Below, piece by piece: positions 43,546-52,953 of a stretch of 64,000 nt of DNA. A model generated the notes under the pieces. That model searched no databases, had not been told where the DNA came from, and saw only the letters and a list, made by a program, of their open reading frames with translations. Numbering within the stretch: the first letter of the stretch is position 1; every line of letters begins with the position of its first letter. This stretch comes from Bacteroidia bacterium (GTDB lineage Bacteria; Bacteroidota; Bacteroidia; Bacteroidales; CAJPTX01), in assembly GCA_905373475.1 (NCBI GenBank), contig CAJPTC010000003.1:24883-88882 (forward strand). Reading direction: 5' to 3'. Made by a program: the position numbers and the translations under genes.

Positions 43546-43920
43546 AATTGCAAAATGTTAATCAGACAGTTAGTTTGATATCCAAATTTCTGACCCAAAA
43601 ATAGGAAAAGTCTTTTGAGGAAATACGAATTGGCGATACAGATATTTTTCTTAGCACTCGCTTTAAGGAACAAAAAATACGCTACAATGCTATGAAAATG
43701 TTGCCATATTATAGCAGCAATAGACCTAATAGCAACGCTCAATAATCTTTATATATTGCTGTGATACAGTACATATAGAGATCGCTATGAAAGACATTTG
43801 ATAATAATTATCTGAAAATATATTCCTGTCCAAGCTACGAAGATATGGGCATCAGAGAACCCTAAAATACGCTTCCACAAGTTCACAGTTAGAGACGACT
43901 AGAGTCGCTCCCACCGTAAG

Positions 43921-43995
43921 AAGAAATGGCAAATGAAAGTTTTCTTTAGGTATTATCTGCAATATTTTCCACGAACAGATTTTCTGCCATTTCTT
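43921..43995. repeat. 11-bp perfect inverted repeat AAGAAATGGCA / TGCCATTTCTT with a 53-nt spacer, upstream of nrdD
   Basis: Read directly: 43921..43931 and 43985..43995. Confidence 0.8.
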
Positions 43996-44116
43996 AAAAA
44001 TGAGCAGTTGTGCATTTTGCCTGTTTGCGCAATGAAATTCTATCGTCGGTGGGCAATGTTCGTATTTTCTGACAGAGAATTGTGCAACAAACGGTAGCGT
44101 AAGATTGTCTTTTTGT

Positions 44117-44124
44117 TAGCTTTG
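44117..44124 (+). promoter_or_regulatory. Candidate -7 promoter box for nrdD
   Basis: TAGCTTTG (TAnnTTTG), 19 nt upstream of the ATG. Confidence 0.35.
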
Positions 44125-44143
44125 TTGGAGTAAATCAGACGCG

Positions 44144-46627
44144 ATGGAACTACAAAAATCTTTAATGAACGAACAGGGGGCATTCGGTTTTGAATCAGAT
44201 TGTGGCTTGTCTCAGTTTACGGTTGTTAAACGTGACGGAACGGAAGTACCTTATGATACACTCCGTATCGTGAACGCTGTTAGCAAATCGTATGCAGCTG
44301 ACGGCTTGGAGCCAGACACCTCTGTGATAAATGTCATTGTGCAGAACGTGAGCATGGAAATTAGTATGAGTGGGCGTATGACGGTCGAAGATATTCAGGA
44401 TCGGGTAGAGCACCACTTAATGCGATACAATCCGCATGTTGCACAACGTTACATCCACTACCGGCATGCGCGCGATAAGGCGCGTTGGGAACGCATGAAC
44501 CTCAAGGGTATGTTCGACCCTATCGTTAATGTCGAACCGTGCGAACTCAACCGTAGCAATGCGAACATGTCGGCACATACGCCTGCGGGGCAAATGATGA
44601 CCTTTGCTTCGGAATTAGCTCGCAAGGATGCTGTAAGCGGACGCCTTAACCCTTTGTACGGTGAGCAGCACGAATCGGGCGAAATACACATCCACGACTT
44701 GGATTATTACCCAACGAAGACGACTACTTGCTTGCAGTACGACCTTGGGATGCTTTATGAGAAAGGCTTCCGAACCAAGAATGGTTCGGTACGTCCGCCA
44801 CAGAGCATTCAGAGTTATGCGACCTTAGCTACCATCATTTTCCAGACGAACCAGAACGAGCAGCATGGTGGGCAAGCTATCCCCGCTTTTGATTTTTTCA
44901 TGGCGCCTGGCGTACGCAAGTCGTTTCATAAACACTTAGCGCAGCGCTTGATATATACCTACCAAGATCTTTATGGGCTGGAACTTAGTGAACAGGAAGA
45001 AGAGCGCCTAGAACGTACGATACGTAAAAGGCTTTGGGCGCGCGAAGTAGCGCTAGGCGATGGACACGATACGCAGACCATGCTGGATGAGATAATGCGT
45101 TCGCTAAACATGCAGCTCTCCTCTTCTGGTTTACACCTAGCACTGAAAGAATCGGTACGTCAAACCCGAATTGATACGCATCAGGCTATGGAGGGCTTTT
45201 TGCACAACCTTAATACCATGCACTCGCGTGGTGGCAATCAGGTAGTGTTTAGCTCTATCAACTACGGAACGGACACCTCCTCTGAGGGGCGTATGCTTAT
45301 GCGCTCGCTTCTAAGAGCTACAGAAGAGGGATTAGGGAAAAAGGAAACGCCCATTTTTCCTATTCAAATCTTCAAATTGAAAAAGGGTATTAGTTTTAGC
45401 GATGCCGATCTTGCAAAGGCTTTGAAGGATTGGCAGGGCGCATTGGCAGGTAAGCTTACCTTTGAAGCTCCGAACTTTGATCTCTTTGTAGAAGCTTGTC
45501 GCACTACGGCACATGCGCTTTTCCCAAATTTCCTTAACCTAGACGCACCTTTCAATTTTGATAGTGATTGGCGCGCTGATGACCCGAAGCGATACTATCA
45601 TGAGGTGGCAACTATGGGGTGTCGGACTCGTGTGTATGAAAACGTAAATGGACCGCGTACCTCAATTGGGCGGGGAAATCTTTCATTTACCTCGATCAAT
45701 ATGCCACGCTTGGCTATAGAAGCCCGCAAGGCAGCCGTTCGCGATGCTTTTGATGCTGGCGAAGAGAAGATTCAAGCTATGGCAAAGATCTACTTCATGG
45801 AAAAGCTAGAGGCTAAAGCGCGCTTAGTGGCAGACCAGTTGTATGAACGGTATCAGTTCCAGCGCACTGCCTATGCATTTCAATTCCCATTTATGATGAC
45901 GAACGATGTCTGGAAGGGAGGCGGTAGCTTAAAGCCCGATCAGCCTGTTGGCGATGTTATTGCACAGGGGACACTAGGTATTGGTTTCATTGGTGGTCAC
46001 AATGCTATGGTAGCGCTCTTTGGCGAAGGGCATGGCAAGAGCCAGAAGTCTTGGGATACGCTCTACGAGGCACTACAATTGCTTAATAAGGTTGTGAATG
46101 AATACAAGACACGCTATCACCTTAACTATTCGGTATTAGCAACGCCCGCAGAAGGATTGTCGGGGCGCTTTACAAGGATGGATAGAAAGAAATACGGTGT
46201 AATCCCTGGAGTGACTGACCGCGACTACTATGTCAATTCTTTCCACATTGATGTACGCGAAACAATAAGCATTCAGGATAAAATCCGTAAAGAGGCGCCA
46301 TTCCACGCATTAACGTTAGGCGGACACATCACCTACGTAGAACTCGATGGCGAGGCTAAGAAGAACTCTAGCGTAATTGCTCTCATTGTGAAATCGATGA
46401 TTGATAACGGTATTGGCTATGGTTCTATCAATCACCCAGTAGATACTTGCCGTGGTTGCGGGTACAAGGGCGTGATTCACGATAAATGCCCCGTGTGCGC
46501 TTCTGACCAAATAACGCGCATCCGTCGTATAACAGGCTATTTGACAGGGAATTTAGATAGTTGGAATGGTGCAAAACAGGCGGAGGAAAGAGACCGTATT
46601 AAGCACGGATTGCGCGAAGAGAAATAA
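44144..46627 (+). CDS. nrdD: Anaerobic ribonucleoside-triphosphate reductase NrdD (class III)
   Basis: N-terminal ATP-cone (VVKRDGTEVPYDTLRIVNAV), a C-terminal Zn-ribbon (CRGCGYKGVIHDKCPVC) and the glycyl-radical motif RIRRITGYL. Confidence 0.95.
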   Translation: MELQKSLMNEQGAFGFESDCGLSQFTVVKRDGTEVPYDTLRIVNAVSKSYAADGLEPDTSVINVIVQNVSMEISMSGRMTVEDIQDRVEHHLMRYNPHVAQRYIHYRHARDKARWERMNLKGMFDPIVNVEPCELNRSNANMSAHTPAGQMMTFASELARKDAVSGRLNPLYGEQHESGEIHIHDLDYYPTKTTTCLQYDLGMLYEKGFRTKNGSVRPPQSIQSYATLATIIFQTNQNEQHGGQAIPAFDFFMAPGVRKSFHKHLAQRLIYTYQDLYGLELSEQEEERLERTIRKRLWAREVALGDGHDTQTMLDEIMRSLNMQLSSSGLHLALKESVRQTRIDTHQAMEGFLHNLNTMHSRGGNQVVFSSINYGTDTSSEGRMLMRSLLRATEEGLGKKETPIFPIQIFKLKKGISFSDADLAKALKDWQGALAGKLTFEAPNFDLFVEACRTTAHALFPNFLNLDAPFNFDSDWRADDPKRYYHEVATMGCRTRVYENVNGPRTSIGRGNLSFTSINMPRLAIEARKAAVRDAFDAGEEKIQAMAKIYFMEKLEAKARLVADQLYERYQFQRTAYAFQFPFMMTNDVWKGGGSLKPDQPVGDVIAQGTLGIGFIGGHNAMVALFGEGHGKSQKSWDTLYEALQLLNKVVNEYKTRYHLNYSVLATPAEGLSGRFTRMDRKKYGVIPGVTDRDYYVNSFHIDVRETISIQDKIRKEAPFHALTLGGHITYVELDGEAKKNSSVIALIVKSMIDNGIGYGSINHPVDTCRGCGYKGVIHDKCPVCASDQITRIRRITGYLTGNLDSWNGAKQAEERDRIKHGLREEK

Positions 46628-46654
46628 GACGCTTTACGAGTACTGAATTAGAAG

Positions 46655-46687
46655 AAAGCCTTCCTATTGCGGGGAGGCTTTCTTTTT
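46655..46687 (+). terminator. Rho-independent terminator after nrdD
   Basis: AAAGCCTTCC-tattgcg-GGGAGGCTTT followed by CTTTTTG. Confidence 0.75.
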
Positions 46688-46852
46688 GCTACAAAGTACG
46701 GGGAGTTAAGAGTTTTATTCAAATACGAAAAACGAGGGATGAAGGCACGAAATAAAGTACGGTGTGTCATAAATAGGCTGATTATCAAATAAGAAAGGGT
46801 GCTTATAATGCAGCAGCAGTGTATTTCCATAAAAGCCCATGAAGCATCGTGG

Positions 46853-49348
46853 CTAGAACTGGAATGCCAGACCTACTCGTAGCGAAGGCTTAAAGCGTTC
46901 GCGCGCTGTTGTGTGGGTGAGACGCCAAACAGCATCAATACGAAGCACGTGGAATATATTTTCTAAGCCTAACATCGCTTCTACGTAGGGAACTTCTCCA
47001 ATTCCGCGCAGAGGGAGAGACGAATGTAACTCTGCAAGGTTTGCGTCAGACAAACTGCCTATTACGGCTTTCACGCCTAGCAATTCGCGAAACTTGAGAT
47101 GGCGTATCCACGGTATATGGTTGAGGAAGAAGCCCATAAAATGATGTTCGATCGTGGCAGTTAGCCAACGGTCGGATGCTAACTCGTAAAATTCGAGTCG
47201 GTCAAACCCGAAGCGGGAAACTGCATAGGTATTGCTTCCCTCATGCAATTCTAGGAGCGGGTAGGGTACACGCCCAAAGATAGCTCCCCCCGTTAGCAAT
47301 AGCCACGAATAACCTATGGGATGCAAAGAAAGCTTCTGGCGTATACGAGCGCGCACTTTCAAAAAACTATAGTCGGTATAGAGTAGCCCCTTTTGCGCTC
47401 CTTGTATATTTACACTAAGCTCGGGATAAGTACTTCCTAGCGTCTGACGTGTAAAGTAGTTCGTAAAAAATTTCTCCTTGTGCTGCCAACGGAATTCTGC
47501 CCCAAAATAGGAGTACTGTATGTAGGGCAATGCCTCGCCATTAGGTTTCTCAAATGTGAGGTGACGATTGGGTAGAAGACGTCGATAGCCCAAATCGAAC
47601 TGTAACGATAGCCCAGTATATATTTCGTGGAAGTAGTTGAGTTTGTATTGTTCTACTGGTGCAATAGAGAAATTGCGATAGCGGCGAAAAACCGACGCTA
47701 AAATATTGTCGTACTTGAGTGTTCGTTCGGCCTGTCCGAGCTGTTCCATGTCGTGCGAGGCAGTAAGGGTAAACTTACGCCATGGGTAGCGGCTGTGTAC
47801 GTATTCTATTCCACTCCGCCATTTCCATGCTCGGTCGCGCGTTCCATACGCAGTTAAAAAGCTGAAACGCCACTGCGGGTGGAGAAAGCGTGTAGTGCGC
47901 CCTCCTATTGCGAAACGTTGCCCCTCGACGGGGTTAAAGCTGTAAAATTGTTGCACTGGTCCTATTTCAAAGTACTTTACTTTCAGGTGTGCGTTTACCA
48001 ACAGTTCGGCGATGGCGCGTGCATTTTGGTACAGGGGGAGGGTCTTTATGGTATCCACATTGCGGTAAATGGAGCGCTCTTTGTGCGATAACTCTTCACG
48101 ACGTAATGTGTCCCACACTTGTGCCGAATACTCGTTTACTACACTCTGCACCTGTACCTCATTGGGAACGCGGAGTAAGGCTTGTGGTATCGGCTGATTG
48201 AGTGTTAGCGAATCGTAAATGGTAGTCTTGTGCCCGAAGAAGCCAAAAGTCTTATCGGTCAGGGCAAAATCTAAAAAGAAGTACTTGCGTTCTGGAAACC
48301 AGACATCGCCCGCGTGACGGGCAAAGCGTTCCTGTACCATCACGTAGTTTACAAAGTTGAGATTGACAGAGCGATCTAGCTCGTATTGCGCCTCGGTTAC
48401 TGCATATTCGCGTGTATCAACCCATATATATCCCTTGAAGGTCGGTTCTTGTTTGCGCTTGGGGCGGAAAGAAATTCGGTATCGTTTTACCTCATTCTGC
48501 ACTGTGCTATCCACCAAGAAATAGTGATAGTAGAAGGTGCCGTTATCGTGTATCGGGCTTACCAATCCTTGATTGAAGACCGACATGTAGTTCTCGTACA
48601 GATTAAAATCTTGATATAACTCGCCCGAGAACTCTGTTAGATCGTCTCGTTCTACGCCCGACATGCGAGAAGCATAGATTACTTCTCGCGAGGCTTTGGG
48701 CGAGGCACTATAATAGTATCGGGAAAGCGATTCGGAAAGGAATACGGGAAGAAATGTCTTCCCGGTAGCAGCATTGGTATCTATATTTTTAGAAAGGAAA
48801 CGCAGATCGCGGAGTCCTGCAGTGTTGAAAAAAGAACTATCAATGTTGTTAACATCGAACTCTATCTTGTTGTAAACGCGAGTAGAATAGCGTGAGATAC
48901 TTTTGGGGTTATTGCGGGGCTTGTACTTAATTACAGAATCTAGTATGGGAAGTGCGGGATTGAAATCGCGTCGCACCACAACTTCCTCCATGGCAATTTC
49001 TTGTGGCTGGAGCTCAATCTTAAACTCTTGGTATGTACCTCGTTGTATGCGAAAACGTTGTTCGATATATCCGACAGAGGCAACGACCAAAGTGTCTGCT
49101 CGTTTTCGCGTCTCAAGAAAAAAGATCCCCTCGTCCGTCGTGATAGTACCCACGGGGAGCCCTAAGAGGGCAATGCTAACGTCGGGGACAGGTTGATGCG
49201 TTTCAGCATCGTACACAACGCCTCGTATACGCGTTACCTGTGCATACGCATGATCTACAGAACAGACGGTGAATAAGAACAAAAGAGCTATCGCGCTTAC
49301 CCAACCGAAGCGATTCATTTCCCTACGCGAATAGAATTTATGCTGCAT
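46853..49348 (-). CDS. DUF5686-type outer-membrane protein with an N-terminal carboxypeptidase-regulatory-like domain
   Basis: Signal peptide, then RIRGVVYDAETHQPVPDVSIALLG (CarboxypepD_reg). About 830 aa with C-terminal VGLAFQF. An alternative start lies at M11 (49318). Confidence 0.75.
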   Translation of the reverse strand: MQHKFYSRREMNRFGWVSAIALLFLFTVCSVDHAYAQVTRIRGVVYDAETHQPVPDVSIALLGLPVGTITTDEGIFFLETRKRADTLVVASVGYIEQRFRIQRGTYQEFKIELQPQEIAMEEVVVRRDFNPALPILDSVIKYKPRNNPKSISRYSTRVYNKIEFDVNNIDSSFFNTAGLRDLRFLSKNIDTNAATGKTFLPVFLSESLSRYYYSASPKASREVIYASRMSGVERDDLTEFSGELYQDFNLYENYMSVFNQGLVSPIHDNGTFYYHYFLVDSTVQNEVKRYRISFRPKRKQEPTFKGYIWVDTREYAVTEAQYELDRSVNLNFVNYVMVQERFARHAGDVWFPERKYFFLDFALTDKTFGFFGHKTTIYDSLTLNQPIPQALLRVPNEVQVQSVVNEYSAQVWDTLRREELSHKERSIYRNVDTIKTLPLYQNARAIAELLVNAHLKVKYFEIGPVQQFYSFNPVEGQRFAIGGRTTRFLHPQWRFSFLTAYGTRDRAWKWRSGIEYVHSRYPWRKFTLTASHDMEQLGQAERTLKYDNILASVFRRYRNFSIAPVEQYKLNYFHEIYTGLSLQFDLGYRRLLPNRHLTFEKPNGEALPYIQYSYFGAEFRWQHKEKFFTNYFTRQTLGSTYPELSVNIQGAQKGLLYTDYSFLKVRARIRQKLSLHPIGYSWLLLTGGAIFGRVPYPLLELHEGSNTYAVSRFGFDRLEFYELASDRWLTATIEHHFMGFFLNHIPWIRHLKFRELLGVKAVIGSLSDANLAELHSSLPLRGIGEVPYVEAMLGLENIFHVLRIDAVWRLTHTTARERFKPSLRVGLAFQF

Positions 49349-49485
49349 CTATTTCTCTCCTAAACACTACAATATAGCGTATTTCAGTGTCAAAAGTACA
49401 TCGTTTATCATCTTAATGTCTCTTTTTACACCTAAGGGTTAGGTATAGAGATGAACCGAACCCTACGCAGCACGAAAAATATTAC

Positions 49486-49493
49486 TACCTTTG
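49486..49493 (+). promoter_or_regulatory. Candidate -7 promoter box for rpmE
   Basis: TACCTTTG (TAnnTTTG), 53 nt upstream of the ATG. Confidence 0.4.
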
Positions 49494-49545
49494 CCAGAGG
49501 ATTGGGCGATAGGATGTCCAACAAATTGGCAGGAGGTTATAGAGA

Positions 49546-49806
49546 ATGAAAAAGGGAATTCACCCCGAAAATTACCGTTTGGTTGTTTTCAAAGACATGT
49601 CGAACGACAAAGTCTTCATTACGAAGTCGACCGTAAATACACGCGAGACCATTGAAATAGACGGTGTTGTTTATCCGCTTTTCAAGATGGAAATTTCGAG
49701 TGCATCGCACCCCTTCTACACGGGTAAGATGAAGCTTGTAGATACCGCTGGACGCGTAGATAAGTTCATGAGCCGTTATGGTAATCGTAATGCGCAGAAG
49801 AAGTAG
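49546..49806 (+). CDS. rpmE2: 50S ribosomal protein L31, type B (Cys-less)
   Basis: [17 protein letters not shown]...[29 protein letters not shown]. The protein contains no Cys, so the CxxC zinc motif is absent. Confidence 0.95.
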   Translation: MKKGIHPENYRLVVFKDMSNDKVFITKSTVNTRETIEIDGVVYPLFKMEISSASHPFYTGKMKLVDTAGRVDKFMSRYGNRNAQKK

Positions 49807-49836
49807 TCTTGCAGCATAAAAAGAAATTGAAAGGAA

Positions 49837-49870
49837 GACCCTCACAGACGTTAGTTTGTGAGGGTCTTTT
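49837..49870 (+). terminator. Rho-independent terminator after rpmE2
   Basis: GACCCTCACA-gacgttagtt-TGTGAGGGTC followed by TTTT. Confidence 0.85.
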
Positions 49871-50005
49871 GTTGGAAGAGGTGTGAGCGTTAGTGCGTTG
49901 GTAATCAAAAAAAAAGACGGGAGAAGGGAGAATCAGGTTTCGCCTGCAAATATCATTAACAATGCTCTATCGGAAAGGGGGTAGAAAAGCCCCCCTACAA
50001 AAAGA

Positions 50006-50035
50006 AGCGAGTCGTTCCCTGCGGAACGACTCGCT
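50006..50035 (-). terminator. Terminator after the FadL/PorV-like barrel gene (13-bp perfect stem)
   Basis: AGCGAGTCGTTCC-ctgc-GGAACGACTCGCT. On the reverse strand it is followed by TCTTTTT. Confidence 0.8.
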
Positions 50036-50058
50036 TTAATTTTAGTAGCCAAATCTGT

Positions 50059-51588
50059 TTAGAAGCGGAAACCTATTGTAGAAAGCAATAAGCCTTCAAA
50101 CGTTTTACGTTCAGAGGTTGCCGCTATATCTGCATATTTGTAGAGAACGCCTTCGCCGCTCTGATAGGAGTGACGATAGGCTACATCAAAGTAGAAACCG
50201 TCAAACGCCATACCGAACCCCGCAGTAGCATACCACGAGTCGCCGTAGGGTTCATAGAGTTTGGCAGAATAGGGCGATGTTCTGTAGCCTCCGCCAGCGC
50301 GAAATACAAAGGGAAGAAGAAGAAATTCTACCCCTGCACGCACTTCGTGAGTGGGTTTCGTGTCGTTCTGCAACACTTCGTTATCATTGGAATAAACGGA
50401 TACATCGGCGAAGCGGGTAAGCGGGGTGTACGAGAATACGTAGTCTGCCGATAAGAAGCCGTGTGAGCCTAAGAAAAGACCTACTGAGCCGAGTGCTCGG
50501 AATGGCTCGTAGAAGGTGTATTTGTTAGCTCCTTTAGGTGTCTCGAAGTAGCAACGGGGCGTTCCCGACTTGAAGTAAGCATCGGCTTGTACACGAAAAG
50601 AGGTCTCTACAGAAAGTACTGTTGGGGTATGAAATGCGAGTCCGAAACGGAGGTAATCATTCGCCCTTAATACAGTTCCTACCTTCAGGTTAACGCCCAT
50701 TCCCTCTTCTTTGGCCTGCTGCTGTAGAACAAAATTGTCTAACGTAGAGGCAGGCGATGGTGTAAAAGTCGAAACCTCTGTATGTTTCATAACCCAAGAG
50801 CGATAGAGCTCTTGCACGCCCAGCGTAACACCGAGAAACAATCGGTTAGAGAAGTTCATTGCAATCGAAAAATCTACTTCTCCTAGGTGTCCTGTGGTGC
50901 TGTTAACCTGTTTCTGATCTACAATCTCGCCAGGTTCTAGCACGGTACGGAAATGATCGAAGGTCTCGCCTGTTTTCCCTTCCCAGGGTTTCCCGTGGGT
51001 ATTTACTGGTTCTATAAGATAGGCTTTTCTTGCCGCGATCATGAACCAGTTGTAAGCCGAAAAGACATCGTTTCTATCGAAGGTAGAGGGTAAGAGTCGC
51101 AACGTTTGTGCTTCTTTGGTGAGCGCATCAAGATAGGAATGCTCCTCGTTGGTGGCGTGTGCGGTATACGAATAATCGTAGTTTGCAAGCTGGTTGTAAG
51201 CAATTCCGAAGTTGAAATCTATAAGCCCTTCCTGCTTCTCGCGTTTCCCGAAGTTGAGCACAAGAGCAAGACCGCCCAAATCGGCATTGAACGATGGGGT
51301 AGCATAGGTTTGCTTCCTGTAGGTCTCTGTTCCAATGTGCACCCCCAAGTTGAGTGTACCTGCCAACTCGCTTGAGCGATAAAAGCCTAACCCAGCGGGG
51401 TTGGTAGATAGCGTAGAAAAGTCTCCTCCAATAGCCCCCATTGCTCCGCCTACACCTACAGAGCGCGCCGTAGCTGCGGGGTTGTTGTGCGAATAGAGTA
51501 GAAGGTCGTTAATATCCTGCGCGTAGAGCGAGCTACTGCATAGTAGTGCAAGCGCTAAACCGAATCCTAAAGCTGTGCCTTTACGCAT
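50059..51588 (-). CDS. FadL/PorV-superfamily-like outer-membrane beta-barrel protein
   Basis: Signal peptide ...CSSSLYAQ. An N-terminal motif ARSVGVGGAMGAIGGDFSTLSTNPAGLGF resembles FadL/PorV-type barrels. The C-terminus is TIGFRF. Confidence 0.6.
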   Translation of the reverse strand: MRKGTALGFGLALALLCSSSLYAQDINDLLLYSHNNPAATARSVGVGGAMGAIGGDFSTLSTNPAGLGFYRSSELAGTLNLGVHIGTETYRKQTYATPSFNADLGGLALVLNFGKREKQEGLIDFNFGIAYNQLANYDYSYTAHATNEEHSYLDALTKEAQTLRLLPSTFDRNDVFSAYNWFMIAARKAYLIEPVNTHGKPWEGKTGETFDHFRTVLEPGEIVDQKQVNSTTGHLGEVDFSIAMNFSNRLFLGVTLGVQELYRSWVMKHTEVSTFTPSPASTLDNFVLQQQAKEEGMGVNLKVGTVLRANDYLRFGLAFHTPTVLSVETSFRVQADAYFKSGTPRCYFETPKGANKYTFYEPFRALGSVGLFLGSHGFLSADYVFSYTPLTRFADVSVYSNDNEVLQNDTKPTHEVRAGVEFLLLPFVFRAGGGYRTSPYSAKLYEPYGDSWYATAGFGMAFDGFYFDVAYRHSYQSGEGVLYKYADIAATSERKTFEGLLLSTIGFRF

Positions 51589-51606
51589 TTCTTTTCCTCT
51601 TTTAGT

Positions 51607-52836
51607 TTAACGACGCGTGGTCTGCTGCACGCTATTTCCGCCCGAGTTCCCTCCATTTGATGATCCCGAATAGCTGCTGCGTGTTGTTTGTGGCGCAGAG
51701 TTGTTGTAAGAACTGGACTGACGGGTGGTTTGTTGCGGAGTGTAAGAACGTGTGGGTGTGCTACTGCTGTTGTAGTTGCGTGTAGGTTGCGATTGGTACT
51801 GATAGTCTGCCTGACGAGTGGTTTGTCCCGCGGATTGCGAACTGCGCGTGTAGGGTTGCGACCAATTCGATGAATTGTTGTAGTGTCGTGAACTCCCACT
51901 TTCAGGGCTGGTATAGGTAGGGGTGTAGTCCGCATTACGTGTTGTTTGTACCGTATTATTGCGGTAATACCCGTCTGTATTGCTCTGAGCGCGCACTGTT
52001 TGTGCAGTTGCTGAGCGCTGTACCTGCCCATAGCCCGACATCGAACTCGTAGAGGCGCGTCGTACGCCATACACGGTCGGTTCGCGCGGGATAGAGATTG
52101 ACGGTGGCGTGTAATAGCCACCATAGTAGGGCGGCAGGTAAGGATAGTAGCCGTAGTCGTACGACCCCGCCATATAGCCATCGCGGAAGCCACGGTTATA
52201 GCTATTGCTCCAGCCCCAAGGATCGTAATTCCAACCGTAGTATGAGTAAGACCAAGGATAGTCCCAGAACGGGTCGCGCCAATAACGGTAGTAACGTACA
52301 CGGTATGAGGTCATATACCACGGATCGAAGAAAAGCCCCATGGTAACGGAGGGCGAATCCCAGAACGGATCGTATACCACCGAAGTGGTAACAACTTGTG
52401 GGTTCTGTTGTGGCTGTGTATTTACATAGTAGTTGTTCACCACTGAGCCACTCTGTTGTTGCTGAATACCTTGCGACGCGGTCGCATTGCTGGCGTTTTG
52501 TTTTGTACGCTGTCCTAGTCCGTCGAGATACTCTCGATACTCGGCGTATGAAGCAAAATCTTCTGGCTTCTTAATAGTCTCCTGCGGAGGTTGATTGTTA
52601 GCCGCGTTCTGTGCTGCCTGCTGCTCTTTGTACCATTTTTCGTACTCAAGCTGGCGCTGCTCCTCCAGTTCGCGTTGCTTCTTGGCTTGTTCAGCCTCTT
52701 TTTGCAATGATGCCTTATTGATGTAAGTATCGGAATAAGGCGATTGTGCAACCGATAGCATGGGTACCATCGCGAGTGCTACTGCAAGCAGTGCACTGTT
52801 GACGAGAATAGCGGATGTGGTTTTCATGGCTTCCAA
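51607..52836 (-). CDS. Secreted low-complexity protein: coiled-coil, Gln-rich, aromatic (Y/W/F/P/D) block, S/T/Q/N tail with QTTR repeats
   Basis: Signal peptide ...MVPMLSVAQS. The aromatic block includes RDPFWDYPWSYSYYGWNYDPWGW. The tail carries 5 copies of QTTR. The gene stops 18 nt before the barrel gene start. An alternative start lies at M4 (52827). Confidence 0.6.
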   Translation of the reverse strand: MEAMKTTSAILVNSALLAVALAMVPMLSVAQSPYSDTYINKASLQKEAEQAKKQRELEEQRQLEYEKWYKEQQAAQNAANNQPPQETIKKPEDFASYAEYREYLDGLGQRTKQNASNATASQGIQQQQSGSVVNNYYVNTQPQQNPQVVTTSVVYDPFWDSPSVTMGLFFDPWYMTSYRVRYYRYWRDPFWDYPWSYSYYGWNYDPWGWSNSYNRGFRDGYMAGSYDYGYYPYLPPYYGGYYTPPSISIPREPTVYGVRRASTSSMSGYGQVQRSATAQTVRAQSNTDGYYRNNTVQTTRNADYTPTYTSPESGSSRHYNNSSNWSQPYTRSSQSAGQTTRQADYQYQSQPTRNYNSSSTPTRSYTPQQTTRQSSSYNNSAPQTTRSSYSGSSNGGNSGGNSVQQTTRR

Positions 52837-52953
52837 ATGTTGTGGGTCTTGAGCAATGACCCTATGTGCGTATAATTTGGTTACTTTGTGCTTGTAAAAA
52901 TGTACTACATCTTTTTGTTAAAGGTAGTAACAAAATCTATACCAAAAGAATAG

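Noticed and set aside
43542-43742. 66-aa minus-strand ORF upstream of the lipoprotein gene
   Set aside because: It is an AT-rich, hydrophobic low-information sequence in the long nrdD upstream gap, with no start context or motif. It is likely spurious.
43746-43781. Two AT-rich 16-mers (TCTTTATATATTGCTG and ACAGTACATATAGAGA) resembling NrdR boxes upstream of nrdD
   Set aside because: They match the acaCwAtATaTwGtgt consensus only partially. They lie about 360 nt from the ATG, and I am not sure this lineage encodes NrdR. In AT-rich DNA such matches are expected by chance.
49537-49908. 123-aa minus-strand ORF
   Set aside because: It is antisense to the unmistakable L31 gene and spans that gene's terminator.
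51567-52301. 244-aa minus-strand ORF in an alternative frame
   Set aside because: It overlaps the low-complexity gene in another frame on the same strand. The biased, repetitive nucleotide composition keeps several frames open. The frame with the signal peptide and 18-nt coupling to the barrel gene is preferred.
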